A stretch of 64,000 nt of DNA from assembly GCA_964016885.1 (NCBI GenBank), contig OZ024743.1, forward strand, positions 45,012,001-45,076,000, given 5' to 3'. Position 1 is the stretch's first letter. Every line of letters begins with the position of its first letter. This document shows positions 27,065 to 41,842 of the stretch, one piece after another. Under the pieces are notes generated by a model. It did not search any database and was not told where the DNA came from. It was given only the letters and a program-made list of their open reading frames with translations. The stretch comes from Eledone cirrhosa (lineage: Eukaryota). A program made the translations under genes and the position numbers.

Positions 27065-27680
27065 CTATTCAACAGAATTCGTAATATAGTCGGATTGTCT
27101 CCCCACAGCCCCGGCGGACAGAATAGAGAAGGCCTTTCCCTGGAGGACGGCAAGGGAGACGCGCTGGAATAACCACTCCAACTCGCGGGGCTCACACCTG
27201 CGGCTGGCCAGCTCACTGCCTATGGTGGTCAGTAGGGAGGTAGCCCTAAGGCCGAGGACACCAGAAGTCTCCACTGCCAAGGGCACAACCGCAACACTCT
27301 CGGAGAGTGACCGGTATTTGGAGAGTTTGGTCTCCTCAGCCCGACGTGCAGCAGAAGCTGGGTTAGTCGCAGACTGCACCAGGTTGCGGCTGCAGAAAGT
27401 GTCGGTGCAAGTGGAATCCCAGACGAGGATTTTGCCACCGCGGAACGGGAAGATGGTCATGCCATTTGGCTTTTGCCGTCCCCTCGGTCCAGCCCCACCC
27501 GCTCGAGCTGGAAACGGAAGCCTGCAGCGTCCTAGTCATGCTTTATGACCTCGTTGAGGGCAGCATGGAGTGGAAGGCGACTGGCACTGTGGGAACAGGA
27601 AAGTGGGTGGAGGCAGAAAGAATCCATGGTGGATCCACAACAACATTGGTGTGGCTCGCAGATCCGAGATGTATCTTTGC
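27065..27680 (-). pseudogene. CRE-clade non-LTR retrotransposon C-terminus (zinc knuckle plus restriction-like endonuclease)
   Basis: CCCGSTMD..HPLSC..HAALNEVI; KPNG..WDSTCTDT..AARRAEETKLSKY..PLAVETSG..LFQRVSLAVLQGKA. Confidence 0.8.
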
Positions 27681-28044
27681 ATGCATGAATGAATACACTA
27701 AGCTTTAGATTTAATAGAATGTACAACCACTGACTCCAGCTATTTGCACTGTCGCATATTTTGGTTTCTAGTAATTCCCTGGGGAATTGGTTGACTAAAT
27801 TCTTTGCTTAATTGTTTTACTTATTTTTTTAAAATGTTTATTCTTTCTCTTAGATTTGACCCCTAAAATACTACAGTGGGTCCTGCAATGCTACTTTGGG
27901 CTCTTGCAATGCGACAGTGGGCCCTCTGGGGCCCACTTGCCATTGGTCAACCTGGAAAACCTGGCCAGTCCGCCAATGTATATATATATATATATATATA
28001 TATAATAAAGTAGAATACGTTTCAGATCACACACACACACACAC

Positions 28045-28102
<58 letters not shown>

Positions 28103-29280
28103 GTGTGTGTGTGGGGAGGGGGGGGGTCGTGGTGATATGAAACGCATTCAACTTGCTAACACCGGAATTATCATTATTTCTATTTAATGATTTATGATTC
28201 TACTTCATTTATCATTGCAACCTATTATGCGCTCCCCCTGTTATAATTGCCTCTTGCATCTATTAGGTAAGGATTAGACTTAAACAATAGATAAACTGTT
28301 AGTAATAAAAGAGAGACGTACAGTATATAGTCTTGTTTTCAGCACTACTAATACATTCTTTTATGTTTATATATGTATACTTATATATAATCTCGTGCCA
28401 CGGGGAGAGCCGACTTAAGCGGAATTAGAATACCTTATGATTTTAACATGGACATCTATACGACCAGTCACTTTAATAAGTAAACACCATGGTAAATACT
28501 GTGACGTTATGTTAATGACACTTTTAGTTAATATAATGGTATTTCTGTGTGTATATACCAATACGAGCTTGCTTTTGTAGTCAATAAATGACCTTACGAG
28601 CGTTCTCCTTTCCATTTAATTCCGTGCGCGTAGAATCTTTTTCATGAATTTGCTACATTAGACAATATCTTTATAGGAACCTTACGCTAAGTTGTTCATA
28701 CTTGCATGTAAGTTTAAATGTTATTATGTTCGCCATTTATAATGACTTTCAAATCCGTGTGAGTTCCTCTCTAACCGTATTTTTTCTTACAATATAATAT
28801 CCTCCCAAATGTTTATATCAATACGCTATTCTCTAATTACACAATACACCTGTTTTTATGTTTCTCATGTGTTCTTTTTACTATTTGAATGTATTTGTAT
28901 GTTCTTGATGTGTTAAAGTAACTTGATGCATTGATCTACATTTCCTGGTGATATGAGGCTAGATGCTTTTGTGGCATATAAAGTATTGATAGATCGATAA
29001 AATAATTCCTTGAAATGGTACTACACCTATCCTAGAAGAAAAGATTGTTGAAATTAAGGATTGAATTTGAATAATAACCTTAGTTCTCCTTTTGTATTGA
29101 TTATTTATGTTCTGCGGCATTGTCTTCATCTACTGGCATTAAAACTCTGTGGATTACACTTTGGAGTTTGATTCATGTATGTTTAAGACCTGAATAACGC
29201 ATTGAGCTTAACACACTTTTCCAAAATATTAATGGATTCTTCCACTTTTATTAACTCTCTCTTTCTCTATATCTCTCTGC

Positions 29281-29472
<192 letters not shown>

Positions 29473-29655
29473 ATACATATATACATATATACATATATAT
29501 ATAATATATATATATAAATGTAATCTTAGTTTTTCGAACATTAATAATAATGATAATAATATTCGATCCGTTTGCAATTATGCAAACAGCCTCTATATAT
29601 ATAACAAACTATTTGTTTGTTTCATATATATATATATATATGTGTGTGTGTGTAT

Positions 29656-29730
<75 letters not shown>

Positions 29731-30529
29731 AGTGGGTGGGTGGGTGGGTGTGAGTGAGTGGGTGTGTGGGTGGGTGTGTGTATACATTAATGTTTTAACT
29801 AATTGAGGTAGAACTTGTAACCATTTTAGAACCCAATGTAGTGTTCATGTGAATATTCCATCTAAGCAAAGCGAATTTTGTTTTTGTGAAAAAGTGGTAT
29901 CTTATTAGATGTTGAAGAGTATTCAAAGCCTACAATCAACTCTACACTATTTGACAATGAAAAAAGAAAGATAATGTGTAGTAGTTAATGAATTCATTGG
30001 TTTATGGTCGTTTCAGGGAGCAACAATGAAATTCATGAACGTGTAGACTAAGCCTCTAGCCTCCAAAACCCACATCCAATCTACCGTCTATCTTCAGAAA
30101 TAATAGATACAAACATCCCAGGCCAAGGACATTGGAGCCAGCTAGAAGAGTGAGAGAGGGGCAGCCAAACGTAGAATGAAAAGTAAAAATAGAAATAAGG
30201 TAAAAACACAGAATAATAAATAAAACTAATTAAATATATAGGCATTAAATAAATCTGTAATACCTTATACACATATATAGGCATTAAATAAATCTGTAAT
30301 ACCTTATACACATATATAGAGACACTTTCACATATATTGTTGGTCACGACTCATAAGAATGTTCACACAGCCAACGCCATGATGGTCCCGATCAGAGTTT
30401 CCTGGAATCAAAAGTTCGTTATGAGAAAGTATACTGACCACCACTGAAACATACATTACAAATGTATATAAAACATATAATGTTCCTTACATACTCACAC
30501 ACAAACACATATATATTATTATTTGTATA

Positions 30530-31271
30530 TATATATAAAAACGAGGTTTTCTGTATGTGTGTGTGGACAATTTTTAATGAGGGCTCATATATTCTAAACC
30601 ATTCATGCGATTTCTTTGAAATTTTTTACAGAGCTCCTCCTTGCACAGATCCTGTACATGATTTACAAAGGCTTTCAAAAATCGATATTGGGGCCTTTGG
30701 AGACATTAAAACATTTTCGGTTATTTGTGTGAATTTTCGTGTTTAAGTAAGACATTAGTTATCTTTCGTAATTCGGCTCATTCCGATTTTAATTTACTCT
30801 TTGTACTTGAAACAAAAGGTACGCTTCCTTGAGACTAACAATATCATTTTGTATATTTCACAACCAGCAACTTCTAACAGATTACTAAGTTAAGTTATAG
30901 ATTTGACATTGTATAATTTATCGTTTCAAGCTTGATGTTCATACATTAAGTGATGTCATAACTTTTACAATATTATGCTTTGTACATAATAGTGTCTATT
31001 ATTCACTTCACTTCTCTATTTCATGATGCGCTTTTACTGTTGTCAAAAAAATGTATAACTCGACTGGATTTCTGTTGTTAGATGGTATAACAGATGACAC
31101 CGAGCTCACATATTAATTATTTCGCTGGAATAGTGCCTAAGGTTTTCATGTTTACATAAAGTACTCTATGTAAACATGAAAACCTTCTATGTATTCAAAT
31201 GTACTTTGTTTAGTTTAATGAGCTACATCGGAAGCTATTTGAACCGTCCAAAGGATGGGTAGTTTAGTTAG

Positions 31272-31272
<1 letters not shown>
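30530..31272 (+). mobile_element. Non-autonomous Helitron-like element
   Basis: Starts tatataaaaa..ctgtatgtgtgtg; ends with hairpin ccgtcc aaa ggatgg followed by tagtttagttagt (decayed CTAG end). Confidence 0.5.
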
Positions 31273-31310
<38 letters not shown>

Positions 31311-31397
31311 GAAAAATCTGAACAGGGACAGAACAGAGAGGCAGTACAATAAATGTTTATTAAATTCACGCTCAGGAGAGTGGGGGGTAGGTGGGGG

Positions 31398-31431
31398 ACG
31401 ACGTTTCGGGCATAAGCCCTTCCTCAGGTGA
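31398..31431 (-). ncRNA. Minimal hammerhead ribozyme in the Neptune-type 3' pLTR
   Basis: cac-CTGAGGA-a gggc ttat gccc-GAAA-cg-TC-gt; AATAAA about 40 nt downstream. Confidence 0.8.
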
Positions 31432-32746
31432 GAAGTGTGTGGGAACAGAGTTCAAAAGGTGTGTAGGGGAGTGGTGGAGAGACATATAGTGAAAGGAAAC
31501 GGTGCGAAGGAAAAATTAACAAATGAAGACAAAAAATATAAAAAATAAAAATAAAGCATGATCAAAATACAAGGAATGAGAAAATTTAAAAATAAAGGCA
31601 TGATCAAAATAAACTGAAATTAAAAGGGGGGTAAACAGGTGGTGGAAGGGTGTGGGGTGAGTAGGGGTGGTGGCGGGTGGGGTAGGGAGAGGGAGACGGG
31701 GTGTCCGAGCGGGGAGGGCTGAAGGTGGTGTGTGTGTGTAGGTGTGCGTGTGTGTGTGTGTGTGTGTATCTGAAAGTAAGGGTTGGGGGAAGAACGGGGT
31801 TGCATGTTCAGGAAGAGGTGTGTGTGGGGGGTGTTTTTGTGGGTCGGAGTGTCTGTGCGTGTGTGGATAGGAGGGTGGGGGGAGAGGAATCAGGAGGCTG
31901 AGGGTGTAAATGTGTGGTGGGAGGCACGTGTGTGTGGGGTTTAAGCGTCTTGTGGGTGAGTTATATAAGCGATGGCGTAAGAGGATGGTTGAAAAGTTGG
32001 TAAGTTCCACGGGTGTTTGGAGATTTGGTTATAAGTCAATTTCGCGTGTGGGTAATCCAAGAAGCGGTGGTCGGAAGAGGAGAGATGTGGGGTGCACGCG
32101 CAACAGGAAGTGGTCAGCAGTGGGAGTGCTGTGGTCAGTTGGTGCTGGGAGGTCATAGCAGCAGTCGGTGGAATGGTAGAGAGGCCTGGATGGGTAGGTG
32201 TGAGAGTTGGAGTGAGGAGGGGGGGTGTATTAGTAGGGGTGTTAGTGGGATGAGTGAGTGTGGAGAGGGGGTGTGGGTGGTGCGGGTGGGTGGGTGGAGC
32301 GGGGAGAGAAGGGTGTGTGTGGTTCTATGGAGGGAGTGTGGTGTACTGGTGTGTGTGTAGTTTGGTGAAGAGGTGTTAGTGGGTGTTAGTATACGGGAGG
32401 TGGGAAGGGGTGGAATGCAGGTGTGGGTGGGGGTTAGTGGTGGTAGGGTGTGTAGAGTTGGTGGTGTACGAGGGTGTGTGGGTACGGGTGCGTGGGGTTG
32501 GGGGGTGTTAGTGATGTTAGTTGCGTGTGGGGTGGGTGGTGTAAGTGGGTGCGTGTGTGCGTGTGATAAGGAGGGGGAGGAGAAGAGGGGAGGGAAGGGA
32601 TGTTAGTATGTTAGTTGGGGAAGGGTGGTCAGATGAGGGGTGGAGTGGAGGTGTTAGTATTGTTAGTGTGGGGTGGGGGGTGAAAAGGAGGGGTGTGTTA
32701 GTGGTGTTAGTGGGGGATAAGTGTGGGGGGAGGGGGCGGTCGAACG

Positions 32747-35554
32747 CTAAAGGAATAAAGGTGGGGAGTTCAGGCCGGGGGGAGTGTGGGTCTGTAAGAT
32801 GAAGATAGTGCGTTGTTCGACCGTAAGGCGATGGGCGGTTGTTCCGTGGCACTGGAGTAGGCCACAGACTGTGAGATGGCGTGCGGAGTGTCCAGGGCCA
32901 CCAAAGTGGCGGGCGATGGGGGAACTGCCCCCGAGACGAATATCCCGGAGGTGCTCCGTGACTCGGTCCGCCAGGCGACGTCCCGTCTGTCCGACATAAG
33001 TCGCGCTGCATTCCGTGCAGCGAAGTCCGTAGACTAGGTTGGAGGAGGTGCAGCGGAAGGCATGCCGAACCGAGAGAGAGTGGCCGTTGGGACTCTGGAA
33101 GGTGGTGGTGTTGGTGATGTGGGGACAGGTGTTGCAGCGGGGCCTAGAACAGGGGAAGGAACCGGGGGGGATCCAGAGCGTGGGTTGGGGGGTAGGGAGC
33201 TGTGGACGAGGAGGGTGCAGAGATTGCGTGCGCGTTTGAAGGAGGGGAGTGGTGGGGTTGGGAAGATGTGGGAGGTGGAGGGGTCGGACTGGAGGCGTCG
33301 GAAGAGGCGGTGGATGGTGCGGTGGAGGGGTAAGGTGGAGGGGTGGTAGGTGATGGGGAAGGGGAGACGGTGTGTGGGTGTGCGGTGGCGTGGGGTGAGG
33401 GTGGTGGAGCGGGGGATAGCACGGGCGCGGGCGAGAGCGGTGTAGACGAGAGAGGGGGGTAACCTCTGCGGATGAAATGGCTGACTAGGGAAAGGGCCTG
33501 GGACTCGAAGTCAGCATCACGGCTACAGAGGCGGCGGATCCTGAGAAGTTGGGAGTAGGGAATGGAGAGTTTAGTGTGGGTGGGGTGGGATGAGGTGAAG
33601 TCGAGGTAAGAGTGGGAGTCGGTGGGTTTGAAGAAGGCAGAGGAGACGAGGGAGTGGTGGGAGGGGTCGAAGGCGACGGAGAAGTCTAAGAAGTGGACGT
33701 GGGTGGTGGAGACAGAGGTGGTGAAGTGGAGGGAGGGGTGGAAGGAGCAGAAGAAGGAGAGAAAGGAGTCGAGCTGTTCTCGGGTGAGGGTCGTGGCTCC
33801 GATACAGTCGTCAATGTTACGACCGTACAGTTCGGGCGTGGGGCCGGTGTACTGGGCAACGATTTGGGCCTCAACATGGCCAACAAAAAGGTTGGCATAG
33901 TTCGGGCCCATTGTTGTGCCCATGGCTACCCCCGTGACCTGTTGGTAAAACTCACCCGAGAAGGAGAAACAATTTAGGGTGAGGACCAGCTCGGCGAGGC
34001 GAAGGAGGGTGGGGGTAGAGGGAATAGGGGAGGGGCGAAGGTCGTGGTAGTGTTTGAGGGCGCGAAGGCCATCGGCGTGGGGGATGACTGTATAGAGGGA
34101 CTTGATGTCTAGGATGAAGAGGAATGGCTGAGGGCCGGGTAGGTAGGTGAAGGAGTCGAAAAGGCGCAGGGCGTGGTTGGTGTCGGAGATGTGGGAGGGG
34201 AGGGTGGTGACAAGGGGGGCGAGGAGGGAGTCGAGAAAGGCAGAGATGAGTTCGGTGGGGCAGTTGCAAGCGGAGACGATGGGGCGGCCGGGGTTGTCGG
34301 GTTTGTGGAGTTTGGGGAGGAAGTAGATGGTGGGGGTGTGGGGGGTGCGGACGATGAGGTGGGAAGCGGTGGGGGAGGAGGGAGGAGGCGATAAGGTCTT
34401 TGATGGTGGAGGAGACTTGTTGTTGGTAGAGGGGGGTGGGATCGGAGGGTAGAGGGCGGTAAAAGAGGGGGTTACAGAGCTGCCTGAGGGCTTCGGCCGT
34501 GTAGAGGTCCGCGCGCCATACCACCACGGCGCCTCCCTTGTCCGCCGGTTTAATGACGATGTCATCTCGGCTACGGAGGGAGCGGAGAACGAGGAGTTCG
34601 CCCCGTGAGATATTGTGCCATTTGGAACGGTGGCGGAAGTCGAAACGATTTACTGCGCTACGGCTGGCATCGACGAAGGCGTCCAGGGTGCTAAATTGCC
34701 CTGGGGCCGGCGTCCAAGAAGATGGTCGTCGGCCCAGGGCGAGAAACGGGTGTGGGGCGTCCGGAGCCGGTGGCGTTCGGCTGAAATGTGCCTGTAGCTT
34801 AGTGCGTCGCACGAATCGCTCGACTTCCGTTCGGGTGCGGAACTCGTCGATGAGCGGAGTGTGGGGTATGAAGCGAAGGCCTCTACTAAGGAGTGAGCGC
34901 TCAGGTGCGGAGAGGGGGAGGTCAGGGTGTATGGTGACAACAAGGGGTGGGGTTTGGGTGTTTGGGGAGGGAAGGGAGGGTGTGGTGAGGCGTGAGGTGG
35001 AGGGTGGAGATTGGGTATGGGTGTGGGTCTGGGGAGAGGTGGAGGGTGGTGGGCGTATGGGGATGGGCGGGTGGTGGTGGATGGGGGGTTGGGAGGAGTG
35101 AGTGTAGCTTGCGGGCTTTGGTGGAGCTGAGGAACGAGAAGAGGTTGTGGTTGAGGTTGTGGATGAAGGAGAGGATGGCTTGAGCGAGGAGGGGTTGGCA
35201 GGTGGAGTAAAGGCGGAGGAGGGTGGGGGTCAGTTGGTGGTCAAGTAGGCGGAGGGTGGAACGGGAGGCGCGGATGGAGTTGCGCATCAGAAGGCGCGAG
35301 GATCGGGTGAGGATACGTTGCGTGGAGAGGGAAGCAGCGGGGGAGGGGTGGAAGTGTAGACGGAAGCCGAGGGGGATAAGGTGGAGGCGGAGGCAGTGGC
35401 TGAGGAAATGGATGTGGCTGGAGTGCCGGGTTTTGGCGAAGAGAAGGTAGGAGAGTTGAAGGGTGGAGGGGAGATAGCAGGGTGGAAGGAGGGGGGTGAG
35501 GAAAAGTTTGATGCGATTGTGGAGTTGGTGGAGAAAGGATCTCAGGTTGGGCAT
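32747..35554 (-). pseudogene. PLE polyprotein (RT + GIY-YIG) split by several frameshifts
   Basis: IKPADKGGAVVVW, YFLPKLHK..PGRPIVS, LDIKSLYT, GVAMGT.MGPNYANLF, RNIDD, FLD, CxxPRCNTC, CTSSNLVYGLRCTEC..YVGQTGRRLADRVTEH, EQRTIFILQTHTPPGLN. Confidence 0.92.
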
Positions 35555-36087
35555 GATGGGCGTTGGGTGAAAGCAGTGGGAGGGATGAGAGGGCAGGGGT
35601 GTGAAGCGGGGTGGAGTGAACGAAGGGGTGAGTGCGAAGGATAGGCAGAGACGGGGAAGGGAAAAAGAAACAGAAAAACGTAGGGAGGGGGGAGTAAACA
35701 CCGGAAAATTAAAGACAAAAAATCATAAAGGTAATAACACAGGCGATCGTGAACAAAAAAATCATAGAAATACAATTGTAAGAACACAGGCAAAGAATCT
35801 TATACGGAAAAAAAGGTACGGTAACAAAATCAAACAGAGGTAATTAGTGGAAGGAAAGACAAAGTGTGGGAAGGTGTGTAAAGTTCGGAGAAAGGTCACG
35901 GCGGATTAGATCGGGGTTGAGCCGGTTGTTAAGTTATATATATATGTGTGTGTGTGTGCGCGTGTGTGTGTGTGTGTGTGTCTGTATTTACATAGATACA
36001 TACATATACATCAATCAATATGCATACAGGTCCAAACCATATATATCTATTCATATATATATATATACGCGCATGTATGTATATATG

Positions 36088-36173
<86 letters not shown>

Positions 36174-36217
36174 CGATATTAAATAAATGGAAACTATATT
36201 TATAAAACCATATTTAT

Positions 36218-36278
36218 TTCATTATATATATTTCAGGGATATCATATTAACAATATGTTATGCCTTCTTCAGACAAAA
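36218..36278 (-). ncRNA. Hammerhead ribozyme (family A)
   Basis: ttttgt-CTGAAGA-aggc ataacatat..atatgatat ccct-GAAA-tatata-TA-atgaa. Confidence 0.7.
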
Positions 36279-36381
36279 TACAATATAGACAGTTTTATAA
36301 ATAAATAGATTTGACATACCGTGCTTTTATATCAGTTATAAATATTTACTAGTTGTAACCCAACAATTTAAATATAACTTT

Positions 36382-36456
<75 letters not shown>

Positions 36457-36531
36457 TGTGCGTGTGTGCATACGGTGAAATGGGCATCTTGAAACTGCTG
36501 GTAATGCTGAGATAGATCAGACTATATATAT

Positions 36532-37165
36532 ACTAGCAGAATGGCCCGACGTTGCTCGGGATTTGCTCTAGGGTTCATACATATTTGATATATATTTATC
36601 CCTGTCGAGCCTCGTGAAATAAATACGTTCGTTTATATTTTGTTATTTTGTATACAAAAATATCTGTACACGAATATATAATTATATATATATATATATA
36701 TTAAAATAACAGATTAAAGTTTAAGCAAAGAATCCCTGCTTTCACCCTTAACGGGATCTTCTGGAACTGAAAAAATCAGTCTGTGAACGCAGAAGTAAAT
36801 ATTTCGAAAAACGTTACACATTATATATATATATATACACACACTATATATACATATATACACACACACACAGATAGCGACGTCATAATGTCGTAATGCA
36901 GACAGCCAGAGATACAGACAGATATTATAAGGGCTCAACGTTATATCTATGTATCTATCTAAAAAGAAATACTAAGAATTATAGAGAGAGATCACTACAT
37001 CACCTAATGCGGTCCCTAGGGCATGGAAAATCCGAAACATCTTTAGCTGAAAACACTCACAGGACCATAGGTATTACATGTGTAAAGTTTGAAAACAATC
37101 GGTTGGGTGGTTCTCGAGTTTTAAGGAGTCAGACAGACAGACAGACATGCTCTGTTTTAGATATA
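36532..37165 (-). mobile_element. Non-autonomous Helitron-like element with nested insertions
   Basis: Minus-strand 3' end cccga gcaacg tcggg hairpin followed by ctgctagt; 5' end with (TCTG)n and ccgattg..aaacttt. Confidence 0.65.
36719..36767 (-). ncRNA. CAGAAGA-core hammerhead-like motif
   Basis: gttc-CAGAAGA-tccc gttaa gggt-GAAA-gca..tgc-TT-aaac. Confidence 0.55.
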
Positions 37166-37753
37166 TATATATATGTGTGTATATATATATATATATATAC
37201 GCACACACATACATGTGTGTAGTGTATAGGTGTATGAGGTGTGCTCGGATGTACGTGTGTGTAAGTGTGTCTATAGATTTCACGTATCTTCAAATATAAG
37301 TTTTTAACAAGGTGATTATCATTTTATTCTGATCGATTCCTCCGACCTTACCTCAACAGTGAATTTCTCTAATAAATTATCGAAGAATTATTTAAAAAAA
37401 AAGAAGACAACACCAAAAGAAACCAATTTTTCAATTACCACTTCTGTTTTGTTTTATTATTGTGTCTTGAGAGGTTGTGTGTTATACTGAACTGTCAAAG
37501 ACGTCGCAATTCCTCTTATTTATTTATTGTACATGAACAAAACATTTTTTTGCCGATCTACCTAATATAACAATTCTATTGTTTACACAGTCCCCCATTA
37601 TTAGCACTCTATAATTCTTATATACGAGCGTAAGTCAGTAATTAGTCACAGCCACCATTAAATTTGTTTCTATTAGAGAGGAAAATAAGTTATTGTCTAT
37701 CTGCTTGTCTAGAAGTTTGCTTCTCTCTCTCTATCTCTCTCTCTCTCTCTCTC

Positions 37754-37810
<57 letters not shown>

Positions 37811-38119
37811 GGGTTCTAGTCACAACGATACAGGGTTGTTCCGATATTAACACTGGTTGTGCCATTTCCTCCAATCTATTAAAAATGTACTTGTTTGTGT
37901 ACCTTTTGTAATTCTATAACACTAATATTCTCTCTCTATATTTTGTGTATGTGACTTCATTCTATTGAAACATGCGTTTTTGACTAAGTCAATTTGTGGC
38001 ACTACAACCCTTGCAACCTGAATTTTTCACTAATCTTACTAATGATGTGTCAAATAAAACACGCCAGTATTTACAACCAAATGCACGGTGTTTACACCAA
38101 TAAATATTAACACGGAGGA

Positions 38120-38799
<680 letters not shown>

Positions 38800-38974
38800 T
38801 AGAGGTAGAACACTGGAAGGTAATATCCGTAGTGGTAGAGCACTCAGTCCATGGGACGAGTATGGTAGAAGTGGTAATACAACAGTTAGTTCACCATACC
38901 GAGAAACAATTGGTGAACTAACTGTTGTACTACTTTTGCACTATATATATATATGTCTGTGTGTGTGTGTATGT

Positions 38975-39150
38975 TACATCAACCTACTGTCCGAGGAGCC
39001 CAGTAAGAGCAGCCGGATTCCCACTGTAATCGTCTCCATCTCTCTGGCCCTCCCCATCTTCCCATATGGTGAGCAAATGGGGTCCCACGTACTGGCCTCC
39101 CCACAGCCCCGGCCGACAGAATGGAGAAGGCAACTGAAGATCGTGATTTT
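38975..39150 (-). mobile_element. 3' remnant related to the CRE-like element at 27.1 kb
   Basis: AFSILSAGAVGR; ctccccacagccccggc.gacagaat.gagaaggc is shared with 27100-27135. Confidence 0.6.
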
Positions 39151-39674
39151 ATTATATCAAACAATAGAGAAGCCAGCGTTACAAATGTCACAATGAACGC
39201 CTTCAATCAGGGGACAACATACCGAGACATTCGACCCGTTAAAGATAACTGCCAGCAGATATGTGTCCGTACAGAACAGTTTGATAAAAAGTAAAAGATA
39301 AAATAAGAGCAAAAGTTGTTTCGATATGATCGGTAAAAATCAAATCAGTGCTCCAGCATGAACGTAAGCTAAAACATGAAACGACTAAAAGGATAAATTT
39401 ATAATGTTCTATATTATTTTCGATTCATAGAATCAAAAATTATTTGAAATAAACTCATTTTTTTTTAAACGCTCCAATGCTTGTACTCCCTAATATCACA
39501 AATACACACTCACACACTCATGCACATATACATACATACAAACATACATACATACATACATACATACATACATACATACATACATACAGACATAATACAT
39601 ACATACATTCATACATACATACATACATACATACATACATACATACATACATACATACATACATACATACATAC

Positions 39675-40272
<598 letters not shown>

Positions 40273-40347
40273 ATACATACATACATACATACATACATAC
40301 ATACATACATACATACATACATACATACATACATACATACATACATA

Positions 40348-40970
40348 CATGATGGCTGCCCCCTCGTTATCGAGTATGGTCATAGCACAATATTAGTAAT
40401 TATTAATAATTATTAATTAATTCTATCGCGCAATGCCTGTGCGGTGAAGATTATTTTTAAAGTGGGGAAAACTGTGCACTGAGCCAATCCCACTCTCTGA
40501 GCGACAGTAGCTATAACACGAAAAGAAGAAAAGATCAACATCATCGGTTACTACTGAGCCGAAGGTTTTATATCGGAGTTATCCCAGTTTCCTGAGTTGC
40601 CTTCTCCTAGAAGAATGCCCTGACAAATGCTAGGGGTCCTTCACTCCCAGTGGTTTTACTGCGCGATCGGGCGTCCAGTCAGACTTTTTCTATGTCCCCG
40701 CACATATACATACACATGCACCCATGTATATACACATATACATATACATACATATGTACATGTGTATATACATATTTACACATTTTTGGATGGCCGTTGA
40801 CTTTTATGAGATCTTTGTCAGGTTTTGTTTTTTGTCCTGCAGGGTGTCCAAAGTCACCCTCCTCACCAAGTAAACATGGTGGGTTTGCCGGTTTAGTCGC
40901 CGACGACCCGACCATACAACAGGTTGTACTGGGTTACATATTATCAGTAGCACTCAATAGTGACCCGACA
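40348..40970 (-). mobile_element. Non-autonomous RTE-related retroposon with (ATGT)n tail, interrupted
   Basis: Homologous to 41843-42450; 3' end ..atactcgataacgagggggcagccatc(atgt)n. Confidence 0.7.
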
Positions 40971-41149
40971 TATATGTATGTATGTATGTATGTCGGGTGT
41001 TACTGTATGTCGGGTGTTACTTGAGTGTTACTGGTAACACATATATACATACATACATACACATGTATATATGTGGCCCCGCGCATATAAGTACACATGC
41101 ATACATGTGTGCATGTATGCATGTGTATGTATATGCGCGGCGACATAGA

Positions 41150-41455
41150 AATAATCGGGCTGCATACCCAATTGCACGATTAAACCATTGGGAGTGAAGG
41201 ACCCCTAGACTTTGAAGGGGCATTCTTCTAGGAGAAGGTAACTCAGGAAACTGGGATAACTTCGACATAAAGCCTGCGGCTCAGTAGCTACCGATGATGT
41301 TGATCTTTTCTTCTTTTCGGGCTATAACTACTCTTTCCTCATTTTAAAAATATATTCACCGCACAGGCATTGCGCGATAGCATTAATTAATAATTATTAG
41401 TAATACGATATCGTTAAATGGCCATACTCGATAACGAGGGGGCAGCCATCATGTA
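41150..41455 (+). mobile_element. 3' half of the same retroposon, inverted relative to 40348-40670
   Basis: gggagtgaaggacccctag..ttctaggagaaggtaactcagg..ggcagccatcatgt. Confidence 0.7.
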
Positions 41456-41464
41456 ATACAGTAT

Positions 41465-41628
41465 ATGCGAAGTCTAGTCCTTTGAATTACAGGTACGACT
41501 GATTTTTGCCAGCTAGGTGAACTGAAATAAATGGACTAACACAACGGTCCACCGGAAATCGAACTTATGATCTATAGGATCTCAGGGTTATGAACCAAAA
41601 TCCCGGCTACTAAGCCAGCCATCTTCGT
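41465..41628 (-). mobile_element. Degenerate tRNA-derived SINE of a second family
   Basis: Minus strand tggcttagtag A-box, gttcgatttcc B-box, cagttcacctagctggcaaaaat core. Confidence 0.55.
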
Positions 41629-41842
41629 ACATACATGCATATATACATACATATGCATATATAGATACATACAGATACATACACATACATACGTATATAC
41701 ATACATATGTACATACGTAGTACATACATATGAATGTGCGAGGTACATACATATATACATGTGTACGTACGTAGTACATGTATATATGCATAGATATATA
41801 CATACATACATACATACATACATACATACATACATACATACA

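Larger units (their letters stand above)
31310..35935 (-). mobile_element. Near full-length Neptune-type Penelope-like element in (TA)n
   Basis: N-terminal domain, RT, zinc finger, GIY-YIG, C-rich 3' region, terminal hammerhead and AATAAA; flanked by TA repeats. Confidence 0.9.

Noticed and set aside
28400-29230. Additional decayed PLE or host ORF
   Set aside because: No diagnostic RT or GIY-YIG motif could be read with confidence
33622-35450. Plus-strand ORFs overlapping the Neptune-type element
   Set aside because: Antisense shadows of a GC-rich, strand-skewed coding sequence
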